Assembly (NCBI GenBank): GCA_046545615.1
Contig: JBKGZK010000003.1
Coordinates: forward strand, 10,184 to 74,183
Reading direction: 5' to 3'
DNA from: Natronomonas sp.
GTDB lineage: Archaea > Halobacteriota > Halobacteria > Halobacteriales > Haloarculaceae
Length of the DNA stretch: 64,000 nucleotides
The notes beneath the pieces are model-generated. The model worked only from the letters and a program-made list of their open reading frames with translations, did not search any database and was not told the origin of the DNA. Of the stretch, positions 31,652-41,383 are shown piece by piece. The position numbers were made by a program, and so were the translations under genes. The first letter of the stretch is position 1, and every line of letters starts with the position of its first letter.

Positions 31652-32379
31652 CGGCTCCAGCGGAGTTCTACTGGATCGCCGGGTTTGCCATCGTCGCCGC
31701 CATCGTCAATAGCACGGGTATCATCGCGATCTTTCGACACCGAGAATGGGCGGAAGGATCGCTCCCCTATCTGATGTGCTTTGCGGCGGGGATCCTGCTG
31801 ACAACGCCGTTGATACATGCACTCCCGAATGCGGTCGTGAACAACCCGGACGCGGGATTCAGTGCCTTGGGCGGATTCCTCTTCATGTATCTATCGAACC
31901 AGGTAATCATGCGCCGAACCGGTGAAGAGACGCTCGCATTCGGCGTGACGGCCGCGGAGGGAATCGGTATTCACTCGCTCGTCGACGGCGTCGTCTACAC
32001 CGTTACGTTCAACATTTCCCTCCTGACGGGCATCCTGGCCGGGACCGGACTGGTCGTCCACGAATTTGCAGAGGGCGTCATCACCTACCTCGTCCTGTTG
32101 AAAGGAGACGTGACCCAGCACACGGCGGCGATTTACGCGTTTGTGATTGCGGGGTTGACCACGCCGATCGGGGCCTTCGTCGCCTACCCGCTGGTGAGTG
32201 GACTGGGACAGAGCCATCTTGGACTTATGCTTGGATTCGTATCTGGGGTGTTAATTTACGTCTCCGCAGCCCATCTCCTCCCCGAAGCGCGATCCTACGA
32301 GAAGGAACATTCGGTACTCGCACTCCTCGCTGGCGTGGGCCTGGCATTGTTTATCGTGTTCACGCGAACAATCGGGTAG
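31645..32379 (+). CDS. ZIP-family divalent metal transporter
   Basis: About 8 TM; FAAGILL, HSLVDG, HEFAEG metal motifs, HLLPEA. Confidence 0.9.
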   Translation: MVAAPAEFYWIAGFAIVAAIVNSTGIIAIFRHREWAEGSLPYLMCFAAGILLTTPLIHALPNAVVNNPDAGFSALGGFLFMYLSNQVIMRRTGEETLAFGVTAAEGIGIHSLVDGVVYTVTFNISLLTGILAGTGLVVHEFAEGVITYLVLLKGDVTQHTAAIYAFVIAGLTTPIGAFVAYPLVSGLGQSHLGLMLGFVSGVLIYVSAAHLLPEARSYEKEHSVLALLAGVGLALFIVFTRTIG

Positions 32380-32732
32380 AGGGCCGACGGCAAGACGAGG
32401 AGTGTATTCGGAGTCGACACTATTGCGTCTAACCGGAACGAGGGCACACAACGGAGGATACGAATCCTGCGGTGAATTCGTCGACCGCGTTGTATCGATC
32501 GCACGACACCCAGATCGCCGATCGATCCAATGCCAGCGGTCTGCCGAACGTGGGAAATCTTCAGGGACTCTACGTCATTCACCACAGAATTCCGGTGGTT
32601 CGTGTGTCTGCTAAAACGAGTACGCCGTGTCTCGTCGCGCTCCCTAGGAGCGTCCCTCCCGAACGGATGCATCGATCGTCCGGTACCGGTGTTGATTCGT
32701 TTCGGCCTCTCGCTCGTTCGTCCTGGATTCGA

Positions 32733-33110
32733 TCAGTCGGGACGGGCCGACTCTCCGGGATTCGATTCCTCCCCGGCAGTGGCACTCCGACGCACCCACG
32801 CTTTCACGAGCTCGTTCACGTTAAAAAAGAGGATGTAGATCGTAAGAAGTGACGTCGCGAGATAGATGACGAATCCCGGCGGACCGCCCACCGTCGCACC
32901 GAGCAGGCCGCCCGTGATGCCAACGACAGTGAGTTCGAACCACGTGACGAGTACACGCGAGGCGAGCCGTGGCTCATGGGCGTCGGGGTCCAGAGTAGAT
33001 CGGCTCTCCGCTGTCGCAGTATCATCCCGTTTTGTCGAGTAGTCGCCGTCCGTTGCAGCTCCGGAGTCAGAGTCAGAATCTCTTGCGTCTGGGTTCACAC
33101 CGGTCGGCAC
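32733..33110 (-). CDS. Small two-TM membrane protein downstream of cydB
   Basis: GTG start 3 nt after cydB stop; WFELTVVGITGG...GGPPGFVIYLATSLL. Confidence 0.7.
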   Translation of the reverse strand: MPTGVNPDARDSDSDSGAATDGDYSTKRDDTATAESRSTLDPDAHEPRLASRVLVTWFELTVVGITGGLLGATVGGPPGFVIYLATSLLTIYILFFNVNELVKAWVRRSATAGEESNPGESARPD

Positions 33111-33112
33111 GA

Positions 33113-34114
33113 TTAGTACCCCTCCCCCGGCTTTACGGGACCGCTGAATGCAGAATACAGCACGGCGAAGTACAGGAAAATCAATGGGAGGAGAATGATA
33201 GCACCGACAGTCATGAGATTGAGTGGAAGGGTCGAGACGATTGCCGAGTTGACCGTCAATCCCTCCACCCGATCGATGGCGGGGTACATCAGTGCAGCGA
33301 CGACCCCGACCATCGCGAAGACGAGACCGGCGGCGGCACCGAGCGTCACGTAATGCCGATCCCGGCTCATTGCGACCACGTACACGCCCGAGAAACCGAG
33401 CGTGGCCAGGACCAGTCCCAGGACGAGTGGAGAGAAGAGTGCACCCCGAAGTGGGGGAACCGCCACGTACACGTACCCGAGCGTCACGACGATCAAGACG
33501 AGATACGCGACGAGTGCCCGGTACCCGTCGGCACGAAGGTCGTCACGAAGATCGTCGCGCGTTTTTACTCGCAGGTAGGCGACGCCGTCGAGGACCGTGA
33601 GTGCGACGACGGCCAGACCGACGACGATTCCGGGGAGTGTCACGAGAGACGTCGCCCCGAGCAGCCAGTTCGCCGTGAACATGCCCAGAAACAACGGGGC
33701 CGCGACGGACCCGAAGACGAAGGCGCGTCCCCACCAACGCATCCACCGTTCGTCGTCGCGCTGTTCGTACATCTCCGGAGCGAGACCGCGGAAGATGAGT
33801 GCCCCGAGAATGGCGAACATTAGGAGGTACTGCCGGCTGAACAGGTTTGCATAAACTGCGGGGAAGGCAGCAAACAACGCACCACCGAAGACGACCAGCC
33901 AAACCTCGTTTCCGTCCCAGACCGGGCCGATGGCTGCGAGCAACTGCTCGCGCTCGTGTTCGTCCGAGCGGGTCGCAAAGATTGCACCCACGCCGAAATC
34001 GAAACCGTCGAGAAACAGGAACATCCCGAAAATGAAAAAGAGCAACCCGAACCAGAGATCCGCAAGTGGGAGACCGAAAAGCGGGCCGTCAGCGAGCCAG
34101 CCCCCACTAGTCAT
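33113..34114 (-). CDS. cydB: Cytochrome bd ubiquinol oxidase subunit II
   Basis: LDGFDFGVG, GPVWDGNEVWL, GGALFAAFP. Confidence 0.95.
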   Translation of the reverse strand: MTSGGWLADGPLFGLPLADLWFGLLFFIFGMFLFLDGFDFGVGAIFATRSDEHEREQLLAAIGPVWDGNEVWLVVFGGALFAAFPAVYANLFSRQYLLMFAILGALIFRGLAPEMYEQRDDERWMRWWGRAFVFGSVAAPLFLGMFTANWLLGATSLVTLPGIVVGLAVVALTVLDGVAYLRVKTRDDLRDDLRADGYRALVAYLVLIVVTLGYVYVAVPPLRGALFSPLVLGLVLATLGFSGVYVVAMSRDRHYVTLGAAAGLVFAMVGVVAALMYPAIDRVEGLTVNSAIVSTLPLNLMTVGAIILLPLIFLYFAVLYSAFSGPVKPGEGY

Positions 34115-35531
34115 CGACGCTCGCCTCCAGTGACGGCTCCTCTGGAGTTTCGGTCGTCTCGACGTGGGACACGTCGGGTGGCCCGGTACGGACGATCCGA
34201 ACGATCACGTACACGTACAACGCCAACAACGCGAGGTAGCCGAGGGCGAACCCCGCAAGCGTCGCTGTCGCCTCTGCAGACGAAAGACCTGGAGAGACGC
34301 CGGCGCTCGTCTTCATTACGCCCTGTATGATCCACGGTTGGCGACCGACCTCGGTGACTATCCAGCCCAACTCGACGGCGAAGATTCCGAGCGGTGTCGA
34401 AACCATCAACGCCTTGTGCAACAGGTCGTCCTCGAGAAGTTCGCCCCGCCACCAGCGGTACACTCCCCAGACGGCGAGCAGAACGAACCAAAATCCCAGC
34501 GCGACCATGACACGAAAAGCCCAGAAGACGATCGCAACCGGTGGCTGTGGACCGTCGAACTCCTCGAGACCTCGAATCGTCGCCTGGGGGTCGCCACCGC
34601 TGGCTAGCCAGGAGGCCCCACCGGGGATGCCGATGCCGAATATGTCCTTCGCTCGAGGATCGAGAATGTCCTGAATACTTGTCGGAAAGGCGATAATATA
34701 CTCCGGGACGTAGGCGTCGGTTTCCCAGATGGCTTCCATGGCTGCGAATTTCTGCGGCTGGGTTTCGAAGACGTGTCTCGCGTAAAGATCGCCGTGGATG
34801 ACCTGCAGGGGTGCCGTGATAATTAACGCGACGAGGCCGAACTTGAGCGTCGCCTCCCAGAAACTGACGTGTTTGATCGGGTATCCCCAGACGTGATGCC
34901 GGAAGACGAAGAACGCCCCCAGCCCCGTCATGAGAAGGGCAACCGACTCCACCGCCGCGTTTTGCATGTGGACGTACATCCAGAAAAACCGGGGGTTCAG
35001 ATACGCCGCAACGGGGTCGACCAGCATGACGACCGGGAGTCCGTTCTCTATGACCAGTTCGAATCCACGCGGCGTCTGCATCCAAGAGTTGGCGATCAAG
35101 ATCCATACCGCCGACAACCAGGTCCCGACCGCGACCGCGACAGCCGAAATCATGTACAGCACGTTGCCGACCCGATCGCGACCGAACACGAAAATTCCAA
35201 GAAAGGTTGCTTCCAGCATGAACGCCATCAGCCCCTCGAGCGCCAGTGGACCGCCGAACAGTTCGCCAGCCGACGTCGAAAACGCCGCAAAATTCGTCCC
35301 GAACTCGAATTCGAGTACGATCCCCGTCACCGTTCCGACGACGAACGAAATCGCGAAGATCCTCGTCCAGAACCGTCGTAACTGCTCGTAAATGGGTGTG
35401 CCAATACGGATATCCTTCCAGGTGAAATACACCAAAAACGGGGCAAGGCCCATGCTCATTACGGGAAAGACGATGTGAACGATGGTCGTGAGCGCAAACT
35501 GCAACCGGCTTGCAATGACGGGTTCAATCAT
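34107..35531 (-). CDS. cydA: Cytochrome bd ubiquinol oxidase subunit I
   Basis: RLQFALT...H, FEFGTN, ANSWMQTP, QPQKFAAME, GWIVTEVGRQPW. Confidence 0.96.
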   Translation of the reverse strand: MIEPVIASRLQFALTTIVHIVFPVMSMGLAPFLVYFTWKDIRIGTPIYEQLRRFWTRIFAISFVVGTVTGIVLEFEFGTNFAAFSTSAGELFGGPLALEGLMAFMLEATFLGIFVFGRDRVGNVLYMISAVAVAVGTWLSAVWILIANSWMQTPRGFELVIENGLPVVMLVDPVAAYLNPRFFWMYVHMQNAAVESVALLMTGLGAFFVFRHHVWGYPIKHVSFWEATLKFGLVALIITAPLQVIHGDLYARHVFETQPQKFAAMEAIWETDAYVPEYIIAFPTSIQDILDPRAKDIFGIGIPGGASWLASGGDPQATIRGLEEFDGPQPPVAIVFWAFRVMVALGFWFVLLAVWGVYRWWRGELLEDDLLHKALMVSTPLGIFAVELGWIVTEVGRQPWIIQGVMKTSAGVSPGLSSAEATATLAGFALGYLALLALYVYVIVRIVRTGPPDVSHVETTETPEEPSLEASVDD

Positions 35532-35785
35532 GGGCAGAGATTGGGGATATCATCCCAGTAGTCGGGGGATTCAACGGCTGGTAGGGCTTGCTGGGCGTTC
35601 GAGGATCGGACCACATCACTGTTGGAGTGTGTGCCACGTAGGCATTGTGGTGCATTAGTCGATTCGTCCCGACGGAGGCGGCGAACCCCCGCCACATCCC
35701 GTTCGATCTGGGAAGGCGATCCGAGACGCGGGAGATCACGTCACTGTCGATACCGGGGCACATCGTAGAGTGCGTCGGCGAACGA

Positions 35786-36040
35786 ATGGTCGGCGTCGCA
35801 CTGGTCCCCTACAAAGCACCTGCGAGCTACGCCGCGGTGCGTCGGCTCGTGGATCGAGGACGATCCATCGCCGCGTTTCTTCTTCCCGCTGCCGCCGAGG
35901 GATTGATCACGCTACCCGTCGGTATCGCTCCTCCAACGGCAATTCGCGGGTTGCTCTTCGGCGTGGCAGCCAGCGTCTTCGCGCACCACGTCGTCGACCT
36001 CCTGTCTGGGGTATTACCAAGGCGAATCCTGCCCAACTGA
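35786..36040 (+). pseudogene. Degraded C-terminal fragment of a second ZIP-family transporter
   Basis: YKAPASYAAVRRL...LLPAAAEGL...LLFGVAASVFAHHVVDLL resembles the haloarchaeal ZIP C-terminal half (HKAPAGYAAARRL...GIFLHVAMDFLP); N-terminal half missing, His replaced by Tyr. Confidence 0.6.
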
Positions 36041-36699
36041 TAGCGCAATCGGCGGGACCATCCACCTGTTTCAGGATCGATTGCGAACACACGCCGCTAT
36101 CAGTACCATCGTCGGTGGAGCTGCTGTCGTTATCGAGTGGTTACAAGCGGTGAGATAATCGTGTGGATCCTGTTCGAGACACTTTACGGAGGCTGCTTCG
36201 ACCCGATCATTGTCCTCAGGGGCTCGTGACGCCCAGAAATCTCTACCTTTGGCAGTCGTCGGGTAGCGGTTTCACGACGACGCTTTCGGTCACCCTGTGG
36301 GAAGAGGGCTGCCTGGTACAACTTTTCATATCCCGAAATACAATATAATATATAAGCGTTCGCGGGACGTTCCCGAGCGCGCATCAGGAGAGATTCGTGG
36401 AGTATTGTCGAGAGTTCAGAGAATTCAATCGTGATTGAGGGACTCGAGGAGGGCTCCAGACGACCAATTCGTTGACGGGAAACCTGGTGTTACCCCTACC
36501 GGAGCCGAAAATCGGACGGGATGTGAGGGTGGTAGCCGTGTGGAAAACAGGTAAATATTACCGTCAGAAGGCACCCACGGCATGGCCTCCGTTCGGGGAC
36601 AAAAACGGTATCATCGTCCACATATCAGGCGATAGACGCCCCGAAAACCCGGCACATTGCGTCACAGACAGAGTCCATACTAGCCGTTTATAACAGCCT

Positions 36700-36720
36700 T
36701 ATCCGGGCAACCCCCGGATA
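36700..36720. promoter_or_regulatory. Inverted repeat TATCCGGG-caacc-CCCGGATA between TATA box and rhodanese start
   Basis: Perfect 8-bp arms; TTTATAA at 36687-36693; GAGGTG SD at 36723-36728. Confidence 0.5.
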
Positions 36721-36729
36721 TAGAGGTGC

Positions 36730-37611
36730 ATGACGGACACCGAAACGCTCGTTTCAGCGGACTGGGTCGAAGACCACCTCGACGAGTTCCAAGCGGACGA
36801 TCCGGAGTATCGATTACTCGAAGTGAACAATCCCACGGTCACGGCCGACTCGGACTACACGCCCTACGAAGAGGGTCACATCCCGGGCGCGACGTTTTTC
36901 GACTGGGATGCGGACCTCAGCGACGAGACCACTCGCGACATTCTCGACAAAGAGCAATTCGAGCGGTTGAATTCGGAGGCAGGCATCACCGAGGACTCGA
37001 CAGTGGTTCTCTACGGCGGCGGTCGCGTCCCAAACTGGTTCGCACTGTTCGCCTACTGGGAGTACAAGTACTTCGGACACCGGGCCGTTCGGATCATCGA
37101 CGGTGGGAAACCCTACTGGGTCGCAAACGACTACCCGTTGACCACCGACGTGCCGACCTTCGCCGCGAGCGAGTACACCGCTCGCGGGCCGTTCGAAAGC
37201 ATCCGGGCCTACCGGAGTGATGTCGAGCAGGCCGTCGAATCCGGCATTCCGCTCGTGGACGTGCGATCTCCTGAAGAGTTCACCGGCGAAGTGATCGCGC
37301 CAGAAGGACTCCAGGAGACCGCCCAGCGAGGCGGACACATCCCGGGAGCGAAAAACGTTCCGACGACGTCGGTGCTCAAAGAGGACGGAACGTTCAAGGA
37401 TCCGGACGATCTCCGGAAACTCTACGAGGACGTCGGAGTCACCCCGGACCAGTCGGTCATCACGTACTGCCGGGTCGGCGAGCGGTCGTCGATCGAGTGG
37501 TACGTCCTCCACGAACTGCTCGGCTTCGAGGACGTGGAAAATTACGACGGCTCCTGGACCGAATGGGGCAACACCATCCGGGCCCCGATCGAAACGGGAT
37601 CAAGCGAGTAA
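36730..37611 (+). CDS. Thiosulfate sulfurtransferase (tandem-domain rhodanese)
   Basis: YEEGHIPGA, VDVRSPEEFTG, GGHIPGA, active site YCRVGERSS, NYDGSWTEW. Confidence 0.95.
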   Translation: MTDTETLVSADWVEDHLDEFQADDPEYRLLEVNNPTVTADSDYTPYEEGHIPGATFFDWDADLSDETTRDILDKEQFERLNSEAGITEDSTVVLYGGGRVPNWFALFAYWEYKYFGHRAVRIIDGGKPYWVANDYPLTTDVPTFAASEYTARGPFESIRAYRSDVEQAVESGIPLVDVRSPEEFTGEVIAPEGLQETAQRGGHIPGAKNVPTTSVLKEDGTFKDPDDLRKLYEDVGVTPDQSVITYCRVGERSSIEWYVLHELLGFEDVENYDGSWTEWGNTIRAPIETGSSE

Positions 37612-37813
37612 TCGAGCCCGATACCAATTCGAGTAGAAACACACCGCGGGAAGTCCAATTGGACCACTGCAAACATTCGCGGTTCCGCAGCTGACGCACA
37701 TCGATCAACGGCCGGCCCTCCAGGAAACGTTTCGATCGTCGCTTCGCCGTGTTCTGAATCAGATTTTTCGACGCTCGTTTACCATTAAGTGTGTGAAACG
37801 CGTATGTTTTCAT

Positions 37814-38272
37814 ATGTCCATTGGAGCAATTACCGAATCCGGCATGAATTCGATGGAGGACGATGGGATCCGGACGTTCCTCACCCAACAGGGCGTCGGT
37901 GTTCTCGGAATCCAGGACGATGGCGTTCCGTATCTCGTCCCCCTGTCGTTCGGCTTCGATGGGAAATCGACCCTGTATTTCGTGTTCCTCTTGTTCGGTA
38001 CCGAAAGCCGTAAGGAAACCCTCATCGACGAGAATCGGCGTGCGAGATTTCTCGTCCACCGTGCCGACTCCATGCACGAGTGGCAAAGCGTCAGTTGCAC
38101 GGGGGACATCTCCCCGGTCGCCGACGAAGACTGGGACGAATTGCTTGAGACGATGGAGAACGCCTGGCACTCCGATCTGTTCAGTTCCGCCCGTCCCATG
38201 CGAGGTGTCGAGGGGTATCGATTCGAAATCGATGACTGGTCGGGAATCCAGTACGGGATCGTCTCCGAGTGA
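37814..38272 (+). CDS. Pyridoxamine 5'-phosphate oxidase-like (split-barrel flavin-binding) protein
   Basis: GVGVLG...PYLVPLSFGFD...SRK...WQSV. Confidence 0.82.
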   Translation: MSIGAITESGMNSMEDDGIRTFLTQQGVGVLGIQDDGVPYLVPLSFGFDGKSTLYFVFLLFGTESRKETLIDENRRARFLVHRADSMHEWQSVSCTGDISPVADEDWDELLETMENAWHSDLFSSARPMRGVEGYRFEIDDWSGIQYGIVSE

Positions 38273-38357
38273 GCAAGTCTGCATTCGGCCATTACTCGAC
38301 TGGCTAGTCCAGCGATCGAGGCCCTGACTGGACGGGACGGGTGCAGCCGGTCCTCAA

Positions 38358-39683
38358 TCAGGTTGATCGTTCCCCGGAGCGGTGTATTCGAACCCTGGAT
38401 ATGCGTGCCCCGTTGACGCTCGTAACCTCGATATCGTGATCGTCTTCATGGATTCGATCGCCGACTTCCGGAGCGCGGTCGAGCCGCTCGAGGACGAGGC
38501 CGGCGATCGTGTCGAATCCCTCGCTCTCGAACTCCATCCCCAGGGTATCGTTGACGGAAGCAATCGAAACGCTCCCGTCGACGTCGTACGTCTCGCCGTC
38601 GTGGCGGCGTATCGACGGTTCTCGAGCATCCGTGTCGAATTCGTCGCGGAGGTCACCGACGATTGCCTCGACCACGTCTTCGACGGTTACGAGACCCTCG
38701 AAGACGCCCCATTCGTCAATTACCGCGGCCATCTGCTGGCGCTCGTCGCGAAATGACAACAGCACGTCGTTGACCGTCGTCGTCTCCGGGACTACGAGTA
38801 TCTCTCGGACGAGCTCGCCCGCCGTCTCGATGCTCTCGTCCTCCTCGAGTCCTGCGCGCAAGACGTCCTTGACGTCGACGAACCCGACCACTTGATCGCT
38901 GTCTTCGGATTCGACCACTGGATACCGCGTGTGGCCGGCATCAAGGACGGTCGATCGAAGCTCCGACATCGAGGTATCCGTCGAGACAGACACCACGTCC
39001 GGACGCGGGACCATCACCTCCCGTACGACGGTATCGTCGAGGTCGAACACGCGTTCTATCATCTCGACCTCCGCCATCTCGACGTGGCCCGCTTTGCCTG
39101 ATCGAGTAAGGACGCGCCGTATTTCTCGTTCCTCGAGGGTTTCGTCCGTTTCTGAAGCCGGAGGGACGCCGAGCAGTCGGGTGAACGCGTTGGCCGTCCC
39201 ATTGAACACCACGAGGCCGGGATAAAATAGGTAGTAGAAGACTTTCATCGGTGGCGCGACGAATAGCGAAAGCCGTTCGGCGCGCGCGATGGCGATCGTC
39301 TTGGGCGCGAGTTCCCCGAAGACGACGTGGAGAAACGTGATGATACTAAATCCGATGGCGAAGGAGACCAGATGGATGACTGTTTCCGGGAGGAGTGGTT
39401 CCAGAACCGGCTCGATGAGCGATGCAACAGCGGGTTCGCCAACCCACCCCAGTCCCAGAGATGCGATCGTTATTCCAAGTTGGGTTACCGCGAGGTAATC
39501 GTCAAGGTTCGCCACCGCCTCCTCTAACGCTGCTGAGCCGGTCCGACTCTCTTCTACGAGGCGATCGACGGACGTTGACCGTATCCGAACGAACGCGAAC
39601 TCCGACGCGACGAAGAACCCGTTTAGCACCACCAAAACGAGGGCGGTGAGCAGTTGCCCAAGCGCGATAGCTACGTTTACCAT
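38358..39683 (-). CDS. CorC/HlyC (CNNM, DUF21-CBS-CorC) family Mg2+/Co2+ homeostasis protein
   Basis: NGFFVASEFA, QLGIT...GWVGEP, GELAPK, CBS pair (VMVPRPD, HTRYPV, DEWG...TVEDVVE), C-terminal CorC domain. Confidence 0.92.
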   Translation of the reverse strand: MVNVAIALGQLLTALVLVVLNGFFVASEFAFVRIRSTSVDRLVEESRTGSAALEEAVANLDDYLAVTQLGITIASLGLGWVGEPAVASLIEPVLEPLLPETVIHLVSFAIGFSIITFLHVVFGELAPKTIAIARAERLSLFVAPPMKVFYYLFYPGLVVFNGTANAFTRLLGVPPASETDETLEEREIRRVLTRSGKAGHVEMAEVEMIERVFDLDDTVVREVMVPRPDVVSVSTDTSMSELRSTVLDAGHTRYPVVESEDSDQVVGFVDVKDVLRAGLEEDESIETAGELVREILVVPETTTVNDVLLSFRDERQQMAAVIDEWGVFEGLVTVEDVVEAIVGDLRDEFDTDAREPSIRRHDGETYDVDGSVSIASVNDTLGMEFESEGFDTIAGLVLERLDRAPEVGDRIHEDDHDIEVTSVNGARISRVRIHRSGERST

Positions 39684-39727
39684 GAATGAGACTCCATGAT
39701 GGGGGTTTCAAGACGAGGTGATTGCAT
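39677..39727 (-). other. Candidate upstream ORF (16 aa) overlapping the corC-like start
   Basis: MQSPRLETPIMESHSW*; TTTTAG at -27..-22; stop lies within ATGGTAA of the downstream gene. Confidence 0.4.
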
Positions 39728-39760
39728 ACTGGTTCTTATAGGGGCCCACTAAAATGGTTA

Positions 39761-39779
39761 TTCGAATGTGACATTCGAA
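39761..39779. promoter_or_regulatory. Perfect inverted repeat TTCGAATGT-g-ACATTCGAA upstream of the corC-like promoter
   Basis: 9-bp arms seen directly, just upstream of the TATA-like box. Confidence 0.5.
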
Positions 39780-40041
39780 GTGAGCGAAGCGCAGGTGCTG
39801 TTGGAGGCTTCTGCCACGTGAGGCAGTTTTCGTGATCACTCCAATTGAGAATCCAGTCCCGGGCTCGATGAAGATGGAAACACGCTATCGGTACACGGAA
39901 ACCGGGTGATAGCAAGAAATCACTCGAATGAGACGAGCTGGAAGCGACGGTTCCCTACGAGTGATACACCTCGAACATCCCGCGAGCATCGACCAAGCTC
40001 TATCCCCAGTCAACGGAGACAATCGGCGTGGAAATCGGTTA

Positions 40042-40650
40042 TCAGGTGGTGTTAAAAATCCAGAACGCGACGACCGGCGATAAGGCCACTAGTCCCCCGA
40101 GCACCGCCGTTCCGAGGATAGTCTGTCGGTCGAGCGTGCGCAGGGGAGTGTCGTATCGCCACAGCTGGAGCCCGAAAAAGGCAACCCCAACGGTCGTGCC
40201 ACCGAGGAACAGAAACGAGGGCTGAAAAATCGCTGGCACCGCTGTGGGGCCACTCCCCACTGCTATCTGGGCACCCATTCCCACGGCACCGACGGCGGCC
40301 GCCTCGAGTGCATATACGACGCCAGCGACGACGTGTCGGAGCGCTGAGGTTGGGGAAAACGAGTAGGGAGTCTTCGGGGATGTCTGTAATGTCGCCGATG
40401 TCTGCGGTGCCGCGTAACTTGCGTAACCGGTGTACAGGAGTGGAAGGGTTCCGACCGCAACGAGAAGTGCGTACGGAAAAACCGAGCCGATAGCGAGGAT
40501 GAACACGGCTGCCGTCAGCGCATACGTTCTCGAGGTTGCTTCACCCAGCACAAGTGGTGGGACGATGAGGGCAGCGATGGCTACAATCGCGAATAACACC
40601 AGCGGGACCGAGTGAGGTTTAAATCGTTGGATAATGGAGGGCGACGACAT
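40042..40650 (-). CDS. Hypothetical multi-pass membrane protein (about 6 TM)
   Basis: 202-aa hydrophobic ORF from MSSPSII. Confidence 0.75.
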   Translation of the reverse strand: MSSPSIIQRFKPHSVPLVLFAIVAIAALIVPPLVLGEATSRTYALTAAVFILAIGSVFPYALLVAVGTLPLLYTGYASYAAPQTSATLQTSPKTPYSFSPTSALRHVVAGVVYALEAAAVGAVGMGAQIAVGSGPTAVPAIFQPSFLFLGGTTVGVAFFGLQLWRYDTPLRTLDRQTILGTAVLGGLVALSPVVAFWIFNTT

Positions 40651-40883
40651 ACGCCTGAATTCCGAGGTAGGCAGCAAGTATCTTCTGCACGATGGTAACC
40701 CGGTCATTGGAAAACAAATCAGTACGTTTCGAGGATACCTAACCAGTCTCGAGGTTCTCGTAATTCGATATTCATGCTGTATTCGGGACACATCACCCGA
40801 AAAACGGATTGACTGAAACGTCAAGCGAAAACTGTCGTGGACGTTTCTATCGGCGCAGAAACACGAGGAATGCCGAGCGGGTC

Positions 40884-41096
40884 TCAGCAGGTGTTCTCCT
40901 CGGGGACCCGGCCCGGGAAGTCGGGTGAAGTTGGATCGACTGGCGATTGCTGTACCTCGCAGACGGGAATCTCTGGAGGGACTTGAGCGACCACTTCGCC
41001 GGCCCCGATCACCAGAAACAGCATCAGGGTAATTCCCACGAACAGTAGTTTGCGGTGCTGAAACAGGAACGACGCAGCAGTATGTCTCATACTCAT
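40884..41096 (-). CDS. Small putative exported peptide (70 aa)
   Basis: Basic N-region, hydrophobic core, GEVVA|Q cleavage-like site, Pro-rich mature part with 2 Cys; AT-rich promoter-like sequence upstream. Confidence 0.55.
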   Translation of the reverse strand: MSMRHTAASFLFQHRKLLFVGITLMLFLVIGAGEVVAQVPPEIPVCEVQQSPVDPTSPDFPGRVPEENTC

Positions 41097-41297
41097 ATAG
41101 ACATATAGCACATATTATATAACATTTTCGTCAACTGTATGCGATACGTTCGATGTGACCCCGACACGGAAACTAGGTACATGCGGAACCGGCGTAATTA
41201 TTTCGTATCCGATGATCTTCGCCCAGGGGAGAAAGACGTTCATTTCGGATAGCGAACTGTTAGCGTCGAATCGGTTTCTACGACAGACGAACGGACA

Positions 41298-41319
41298 AAA
41301 ATGTACGCCCGGAACATTA
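41298..41319 (+). repeat. Direct repeat copy 1: AAAATGTACGCCCGGAACA-T-TA
   Basis: 19 bp identical (21/22) to 42383-42404; also part of hairpin CGCCCGG-aacatta-CCGGGCG. Confidence 0.85.
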
Positions 41320-41383
41320 CCGGGCGAAAAGCTACCAGTAGGCTCGGTGGAAGTATAATGAGTCGAGCACACGGTGTCCTGAT

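Noticed and set aside
35524-35655. ORF overlapping the cydA start as another leader peptide
   Set aside because: No TATA-like box at a fitting distance from its ATGs; likely chance
39688-39715. Resemblance to a fluoride (crcB) riboswitch
   Set aside because: Only a fragment, on the wrong strand for the gene, and the GGCGATG...CGCC core is absent
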